Positions 58,222 through 64,000 of a stretch of 64,000 nt of DNA are shown here, piece after piece. Position numbers and translations under genes: made by a program. The stretch's first letter is position 1. Every line of letters begins with the position of its first letter. The DNA comes from a bacterium (GTDB taxonomy: Bacteria > Patescibacteriota > Patescibacteriia > Patescibacteriales > GWC2-42-12): positions 16,885 to 80,884 of the forward strand of contig JAUSEG010000017.1 of NCBI GenBank assembly GCA_030650415.1, in the 5' to 3' direction. The notes under the pieces were generated by a model. That model saw only the letters and a program-made list of their open reading frames with translations, was not told where the DNA came from and ran no database searches.

Positions 58222-59121
58222 TCAGGCGAGTTGGCTGGCGAGCCACTCGATGGCCTCTTGACGCGTCGCGAAGACGTTGGCTTCAGGGAAGCGTTTTTTG
58301 AGCACCTTCAGCGTCTGGTTCATGGCCTTGAGCGGATGCCCGGTTATGCCCTCAGTGTCGAAGACGACCACCGTGCGATTGGACTTGTCGTAGAGGGCCA
58401 TTGTGGCTTCAACCATTGAATAGGCCGAGAGCGGGTTGCCATCCTGTTTGGGATCGGCGATGTAGAAGACGAGATGGCTCGCCTCCGTCTTCGCCGCTTC
58501 TTCGCATCGCTGTGCCTCTTCGTTCCAGTCCTTGACGACCGGATTGAAAAGGGTTTCAGCCGACACGCCACGACCCACGAGGGATTCGATAAGACCGTCC
58601 CGCCAGTTGTTGTTCGCTGCCGTTCCATCCAGGAATACGAGCTTTTTGTTCATTTTGATTTTTTTGCTCTTCCTTTTCCCGTAGTACTTTGCCAGCGCCG
58701 CCTCGATGTCTTCACCGGACGCAACCTGCCAAGTAATTTCCGTATTCAGCAGATGCTCGAGCGAGTCCACGACGGCCAGGTCGGACGGATCCGCGATGGC
58801 GATGGTGAGCGCGTCGCCGTGTTTGTAAACGGGAACGACTCGATAGTTGCGGGCGATGTCCCTGCGGACGCTGGCGATGACCTCATCGTCAATCTTCATC
58901 TCACTCAGATTCACCACCTTCACGCCAAAGTGCGCCGCCAAGGCATGCATGATATTATCCTTCTGGATAATGTTATGGATTAGCATCCAATTCACGACCC
59001 CAACCCGACAATCACTCGCCGCCTCTCTGGCGGCCGCGACCTGTTTGGCGTTAACTAGGCCGAGATTTAGCAGCGAATCAATCAGATAATCTTTCCCTTC
59101 GCCTATAGACTGTTTTTTCAT
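58222..59121 (-). CDS. GspE/PilB N-terminal (MshEN/T2SSE_N-like) domain fused to nucleoside 2-deoxyribosyltransferase-like domain
   Basis: 'A..Y.VVP+......L.+A+ADP.D...+D.L...VAS..DI..AL.KYYG' then 'VFL.GT..N.WR..LI...FNPVV.DW...YS..E'. Confidence 0.7.
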   Translation of the reverse strand: MKKQSIGEGKDYLIDSLLNLGLVNAKQVAAAREAASDCRVGVVNWMLIHNIIQKDNIMHALAAHFGVKVVNLSEMKIDDEVIASVRRDIARNYRVVPVYKHGDALTIAIADPSDLAVVDSLEHLLNTEITWQVASGEDIEAALAKYYGKRKSKKIKMNKKLVFLDGTAANNNWRDGLIESLVGRGVSAETLFNPVVKDWNEEAQRCEEAAKTEASHLVFYIADPKQDGNPLSAYSMVEATMALYDKSNRTVVVFDTEGITGHPLKAMNQTLKVLKKRFPEANVFATRQEAIEWLASQLA

Positions 59122-59201
59122 AGTTTTTTTGTTTTGTTTTACTCCGGCTTGTTTTTGCCGGATATTTTATTTAAGCATATTTTAAAATATTTGTCCAGCT
59201 T

Positions 59202-59264
59202 TTAGCACTCCCTTGACCCCGCATAACTCGCTACGCTCGTAAGCGGGGCAGGCAAGAGTGCTTT
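59202..59264 (+). promoter_or_regulatory. CIRCE-like element split by a palindromic insertion
   Basis: TTAGCACTC-ccttga[36 bp]caa-GAGTGCTTT. Confidence 0.7.
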
Positions 59265-59277
59265 TTTTATATGTAAA

Positions 59278-59304
59278 TTAGCACTCTTGACACGGGAGTG
59301 CTAA
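59278..59304 (+). promoter_or_regulatory. CIRCE operator (HrcA site) overlapping a sigma70 -35 box
   Basis: TTAGCACTC-ttgacacgg-GAGTGCTAA; TAGAAT at 59311. Confidence 0.95.
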
Positions 59305-59370
59305 TTAGTATAGAATGATAATATAGGAAATTAAATCCCCCTAACCCCCTTTGTTAAAGGGGGCAATTAT

Positions 59371-60057
59371 ATGGACAAACGGAAAGAATTAATTCTAAAA
59401 ACCATTATTAAAGAATACATAAAAACCGCCGCGCCCATCGGATCGGAAGGTTTGGTTGAGAAATACAATTTGGACATTTCCTCGGCCACGGTCAGGAATG
59501 AAATGGCGGATTTAGAGGAAGCCGGCTTTATAGCGCAACCGCATACTTCGGCTGGCCGCATTCCAACCGAGAAAGCTTATAATTTCTACTTAGAAAATTT
59601 AAGTGAAAAGAAATTAAGCGATAGCGAGGAGAAAATTTTTAAAGAAGTTTTGATAAAAAAAGAAGAAATAAATTTTAAGCAAGCGGCAAAGCTCATGGCC
59701 AAGATTTCCGGCAACGCGATTTTTTGGGCCTTTCACAAACATAATTTATACTATACCGGAGTATCTAATTTATTGCATCAGCCGGAATTTTCCCAAGCCG
59801 ATATGGTTTATGATATTTCAGGGTTGATTGATCGTCTGGACGAAATTATTAGTCAAATTTTTAACGACTTGAAATTCGGACCGCAAATTATGCTTGGGTC
59901 AAAAAATCCGTTCGGCGTTTATTGCAGTGTGGTGATCAGTAAATACCGGTTAGGCGACGATATCGGTTTAATCGGCGTTCTTGGTCCGATGCGGATGAAT
60001 TATGAAAAGAATTTAGCCTTAGTGAAATTTATAAATGATATATTAAATGAAAAATAA
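59371..60057 (+). CDS. hrcA: Heat-inducible transcription repressor HrcA (short form)
   Basis: SSATVRNEMADLEE.G++.QPHTSAGRIPT; GP.RM.Y. Confidence 0.92.
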   Translation: MDKRKELILKTIIKEYIKTAAPIGSEGLVEKYNLDISSATVRNEMADLEEAGFIAQPHTSAGRIPTEKAYNFYLENLSEKKLSDSEEKIFKEVLIKKEEINFKQAAKLMAKISGNAIFWAFHKHNLYYTGVSNLLHQPEFSQADMVYDISGLIDRLDEIISQIFNDLKFGPQIMLGSKNPFGVYCSVVISKYRLGDDIGLIGVLGPMRMNYEKNLALVKFINDILNEK

Positions 60058-60928
60058 TAATATGGGGGAAGAAAAAGAAGTTAATAATTTCGGTTGTAAA
60101 TACGCCATTTTTGGAGTAAGCGCGCTTATTTTTAATGAGGAAGGTAAGTTGTTCTTGGCTAAATCACCAAAATGGAAAAATTTATGGATGGTTCCGGGAG
60201 GCAAGGTTGAATTTGGCGAGAGTATGAGCGAAGCCTTAGAGCGCGAGGTTAAAGAAGAAACTGGTCTGTCCATAAAAGATATAAAATATTTGAACACTGT
60301 AGAATTAAACAGAACCGAAGAAAGACCAAATATGCACATGGTAGTTATGAGACATGTGACAAAGACTAGCGATAGCGAAGTGAAATTGAATGATGAACAC
60401 AGTAAATTTGATTGGCGCGCGCCCGAAGATTGGCTTAAAGAGAAAGATATACATCCCAGTATAAAGGAGACGATTGAATATTATTTAAATGAGTTTTTGT
60501 CAAAAAATGATCATGAAGGCCTGTATAAGCGCGCTTTAGCCGATTACCAGAATTTATTAAAGCAGACGGCCAAGGAAAAAATGGAATTTGCCATGTTCGC
60601 CAATGAAATAATGCTAAGAGAAATTTTGCCGGTTTATGACCATTTAAAAATGGCCATAGAGCATCATAATGAAGAGTCTAAAGATGAATGGTTGGCCGGC
60701 GTTAAACATGTAGTTAAACAATTTAAAGACGTTTTGGAAAAAATTGGCGTAACGGAAATTAAAACCGCGGGCGAAAAATTCGACCATAATTCAATGGAAG
60801 CGATAAAGAATGAAGAGACGGCTGATGAAAAATTGGACGGCCAAGTGGCTAAACAAATGAAAGCCGGGTACAAGTTGAATGGTAAAGTTATAGAAGCGGC
60901 TAAAGTAGTAGTTTACAAAGTGAAGTAA
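60047..60928 (+). CDS. grpE: Nudix hydrolase-GrpE fusion
   Basis: GGKVEFGESMSEALEREVKEETGL then RALADYQN...FD....EA...GYKLNGKVI..AKV.V. Confidence 0.88.
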   Translation: MKNNNMGEEKEVNNFGCKYAIFGVSALIFNEEGKLFLAKSPKWKNLWMVPGGKVEFGESMSEALEREVKEETGLSIKDIKYLNTVELNRTEERPNMHMVVMRHVTKTSDSEVKLNDEHSKFDWRAPEDWLKEKDIHPSIKETIEYYLNEFLSKNDHEGLYKRALADYQNLLKQTAKEKMEFAMFANEIMLREILPVYDHLKMAIEHHNEESKDEWLAGVKHVVKQFKDVLEKIGVTEIKTAGEKFDHNSMEAIKNEETADEKLDGQVAKQMKAGYKLNGKVIEAAKVVVYKVK

Positions 60929-61047
60929 TTTTTAATTTTCAATTCTCAATTTTCAAACAATTTTCAATGACTTAATTTTCAATTAATCATTGAGAAATTG
61001 AAAATTAGAACATTGTTTGAAAATTAGAAATTAGAAATTAAAAATTG
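60927..61047. repeat. Heptamer-periodic inverted-repeat element
   Basis: Closely resembles 14181-14296. Confidence 0.75.
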
Positions 61048-61125
61048 AACCTAAGCGAAATAATAATTAAATTTATTTCCGCGATTAATTCTGGCAGATA
61101 GAATTGACGCGGAAGAGGAAATTAT

Positions 61126-61554
61126 ATGCCAATAATTAAATGGACGCCATTCCTCGAACCGTTTGAGGATATGAATAAAATGTTTGAAGATTATATGCCA
61201 GCTCGCGGCGGGTTTACCGGCTTAGTGCCGGCCGTGGACGTTTATCAGGATAAGGATAAGGTCTATGTGGAAACGCAACTCGCGGGAATAGATCCGGAAA
61301 AAGTTGATATTTCGATTGAAAATGACGTTCTGATTATTAAGGGAGAAAACGAAAAGAAATCTGAGGTGGAAGATAAAAATTATTATCGGAAAGAAATCAG
61401 ACGCGGCAGTTTTTACAGAAGCGTGCCTTTGCCGACCCATGTGATCGGCGAAAAGGCTTCGGCCGAAGCGGTGAACGGTATTCTGAAAATTTCCGTGCCG
61501 AAAGCGCCGGGAACGAAGCCGAAGACGATTAAAATTAAGACGGGGAAGAAATAA
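61126..61554 (+). CDS. Small heat shock protein (Hsp20)
   Basis: P.VDVY, E.R.GSF.R...LP, A...NG+L.I.VPK. Confidence 0.95.
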   Translation: MPIIKWTPFLEPFEDMNKMFEDYMPARGGFTGLVPAVDVYQDKDKVYVETQLAGIDPEKVDISIENDVLIIKGENEKKSEVEDKNYYRKEIRRGSFYRSVPLPTHVIGEKASAEAVNGILKISVPKAPGTKPKTIKIKTGKK

Positions 61555-61586
61555 TTTAAAATTTAATTAATAAATAAAATAATTTT

Positions 61587-61699
61587 TGGATTCTCGCCAT
61601 CGCGGGAATGACAAAAGAAAAATAAATTAAAATAATTAATAAATAATTAAATTTGTCCTTGCCACGCGCCCCTGGATTGCGGGTCAAGCCCGCAATGAC
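61587..61699. repeat. REP-like palindromes
   Basis: tggattctcgcc..gcgggaatgac and ctggattgcgggtcaagcccgcaatgac (inverse of 22273-22300). Confidence 0.75.
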
Positions 61700-61737
61700 A
61701 ATTAATACGGTCGCTGGCAATGATAGTAAAAAATATT

Positions 61738-63684
61738 ATGTCAAAAATTTTAGGAATTGATTTGGGGACCACTAATTCGGCCATGGCCATTATTGAAGGC
61801 GGACAGCCGAAAATTATTGAAAACGTTGAAGGCGCGAGAACCACGCCGTCTATCGTCGCGATTACGAAGAATGGCGAACGGTTGGTGGGGATGTCGGCTA
61901 AACGCCAGGGCGTAACCAATCCGGAAAATACGATATTCTCTATAAAACGCTTAATCGGCCGAAGCTTTGAAGATGAAGAAGTGCAACGCGATTTAAAGGC
62001 CATGCCGTATAAGATTATTAAAGCTAACGGCGGGGTTAAAGTATTGATTAGCGGCAAAGAATACACGCCGCAGGAAGTTTCGGCCATGATATTATCCAAG
62101 TTAAAAGCCGACGCTGAAGCGAAGATCGGCGAGAAAATTACCGAAGCGATTATTACCGTGCCGGCCTATTTTAATGACGCGCAAAGGCAGGCGACTAAGG
62201 ACGCGGGTAAGATCGCCGGGCTTGATGTGAAACGGATAATTAACGAACCGACGGCCGCGGCCTTGGCTTATGGCTTTGAAAAGAAAAAAGGCCAGCAAAT
62301 CGCGGTTTACGACCTGGGCGGCGGAACTTTTGATATTTCCATTCTGGATGTGAGCTCCGATACGGTAGAAGTTAAATCAACCAACGGCGACACGCACTTG
62401 GGCGGTGATGATTTTGACCAAAGAATAATTAAATGGATTATAGAACAATTTAAGAAAGATCAGGGCGCGGACTTATCTAAAGATCCCTTATCTTTACAAA
62501 GAATAAAAGAAGCGGCCGAGAAAGCCAAGATTGAACTTTCCACCATGCCGGAAACCGAAATCAATCAGCCATTCATTACGGTTGATCCGACCGGTCGGCC
62601 ATTGCACTTAGTTATGAAGATGACCAGAGCGAAACTAGAAGAGCTTACCGGTGATCTCGTGGCCGCGACCATCGCGCCGGTAAGAGCGGCTCTTAAAGAC
62701 GCGGGCGTTGACGTTAAAGATATTGAAGAAGTCTTAATGGTCGGCGGTATGACCCGCATGCCCCTAGTCTTAAAAACCGTTAAGGAATTTTTCGGTAAAG
62801 AACCGAACCTAACGGTTAATCCGGATGAGGTCGTAGCTTTAGGCGCGGCCGTGCAGGCCGGCGTTCTACAGGGTGATGTTAAGGATGTTTTACTTTTAGA
62901 CGTTACGCCTTTGACTTTAGGCATTGAAACTTTAGGCGGCGTGGCCACGCCTTTAATTGAAAGAAATACCACGATCCCGACTTCTAAATCGCAAGTATTT
63001 TCTACCGCGGCCGACGGCCAGACCAGCGTGGAAATTCATGTCTTGCAAGGCGAGCGCCCGATGGCCGGAGATAATAAAACCTTAGGCAGATTCATACTGG
63101 ACGGCATTCCGACCGCGCCGCGCGGCATACCGCAAGTTGAAGTGTCTTTTGATATTGACGCTAACGGCATTTTAAATGTTAAAGCCAAGGATAAGGCGAC
63201 CAATCGAGAACAAAAAATTACCATCACCGCCTCTTCCGGTTTATCCAAAGAGGAAGTGGAAAAGATGAAAAAAGAAGCCGAGCTTCATGCCGAGGAAGAT
63301 AAAAAGAAAAAAGAGCAGGTGGAAATAAAGAATCAGGCCGAGGCCGTGATTTTCCAGACGGAAAAGATGTTGAAGGAGGCCGGCGACAAGATCAAGGCGG
63401 AAGATAAAAAAGACTTGGAAGAAAAAATTGAAGCTTTAAAAAAGGTCAAAGACGGCGACCCTTCGGCAGGCTCAGGGCAGGTACTTGCTGAAATAAAAAA
63501 GGCTATGGACGAATTAAACGCCACGGCGCAGAAAATTGGCGCGGCCATGTACCAGTCCGCGCAAGGAGCGCAACCTGGAGCCGGAGCTATGCCGGGCGCG
63601 GAACAGGCAAACGGCGGCGCTGATGCCGGTGGAGAGAAAAAACAGGAAGGGCCGATTGAAGGCGAATTCACGGAGAAAAAATAA
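61738..63684 (+). CDS. dnaK: Molecular chaperone DnaK
   Basis: [35 protein letters not shown]. Confidence 0.98.
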   Translation: MSKILGIDLGTTNSAMAIIEGGQPKIIENVEGARTTPSIVAITKNGERLVGMSAKRQGVTNPENTIFSIKRLIGRSFEDEEVQRDLKAMPYKIIKANGGVKVLISGKEYTPQEVSAMILSKLKADAEAKIGEKITEAIITVPAYFNDAQRQATKDAGKIAGLDVKRIINEPTAAALAYGFEKKKGQQIAVYDLGGGTFDISILDVSSDTVEVKSTNGDTHLGGDDFDQRIIKWIIEQFKKDQGADLSKDPLSLQRIKEAAEKAKIELSTMPETEINQPFITVDPTGRPLHLVMKMTRAKLEELTGDLVAATIAPVRAALKDAGVDVKDIEEVLMVGGMTRMPLVLKTVKEFFGKEPNLTVNPDEVVALGAAVQAGVLQGDVKDVLLLDVTPLTLGIETLGGVATPLIERNTTIPTSKSQVFSTAADGQTSVEIHVLQGERPMAGDNKTLGRFILDGIPTAPRGIPQVEVSFDIDANGILNVKAKDKATNREQKITITASSGLSKEEVEKMKKEAELHAEEDKKKKEQVEIKNQAEAVIFQTEKMLKEAGDKIKAEDKKDLEEKIEALKKVKDGDPSAGSGQVLAEIKKAMDELNATAQKIGAAMYQSAQGAQPGAGAMPGAEQANGGADAGGEKKQEGPIEGEFTEKK

Positions 63685-63753
63685 TTGATTAAAATAAAAA
63701 GACGCCCGCGTGATTGCTGAAGTTAGGAACAATCGTGCGGGCGCGGAGAAGGA

Positions 63754-63921
63754 TTAATCCTGCGGAAAGAGACTTTTGCCGTGGGGGCAAACAAATGGTT
63801 CCTCTGACTGAGGCGGTTCCTTGCAATCAGGAAACGGCATTTGCCTTGAGGCAGATCTGGCTAGGCCAAGGACGAAAATAATGACCAAAGCCCCGATAGT
63901 TGAAAGGACAATCAGTAACAT
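63754..63921 (-). CDS. Small single-TM protein
   Basis: MLLIVLSTIG...; promoter TTGACA-N17-TACTAT at 63950-63978; terminator hairpin downstream. Confidence 0.5.
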   Translation of the reverse strand: MLLIVLSTIGALVIIFVLGLARSASRQMPFPDCKEPPQSEEPFVCPHGKSLFPQD

Positions 63922-64000
63922 TTTATTCCTTTGGTTGAGTGTTACAATTATAGTATCATACATAGTCTTTTATGTCAAAATTTAGCTAATTTTAGAGATG

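Noticed and set aside
1..64000. Autonomous transposase, integrase, reverse transcriptase or prophage
   Set aside because: No such motifs recognised in any ORF of the window

Overview
AT-rich bacterial chromosome segment whose gene content and style (short HrcA, type IV pilus cluster, Gld-like ABC system, compact salvage genes) suggest Patescibacteria/CPR (Parcubacteria-like); this assignment is inference. The backbone carries cell wall/division genes (ftsEX, murA, mraY, ftsW, murG, murC, mreD, mrdA, an RlpA-DacA fusion), pyrG, rpmA, an Rrf2-iscS-iscU-nfu Fe-S operon with FTR1, a pilB-pilC-minor pilin-pilMNO cluster, apt/mtnP, an HNH REase-MTase pair, hrcA-grpE-hsp20-dnaK with CIRCE, and tRNA-Thr, -Gly and -Gln. 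The most striking signal is non-genic: several families of tiny palindromic elements insert into each other, into a tRNA, into a CIRCE operator and in-frame into essential proteins (MurG, MurC, DnaK, a prepilin), with empty sites visible elsewhere in the window. One element carries a complete tRNA-Gln and sits inside the T-loop of a second tRNA-Gln. Other highlights are att-like repeats around an ArsR cassette at the tRNA-Gln 3' end, a 2.5-kb islet at the rpmA 3' end with a sigma4-alphaCTD protein and three hairpin+boxA-like repeats, and unusual fusions (Nudix-GrpE, MshEN-like/NDT-like). All calls come from reading the sequence; no searches were run.
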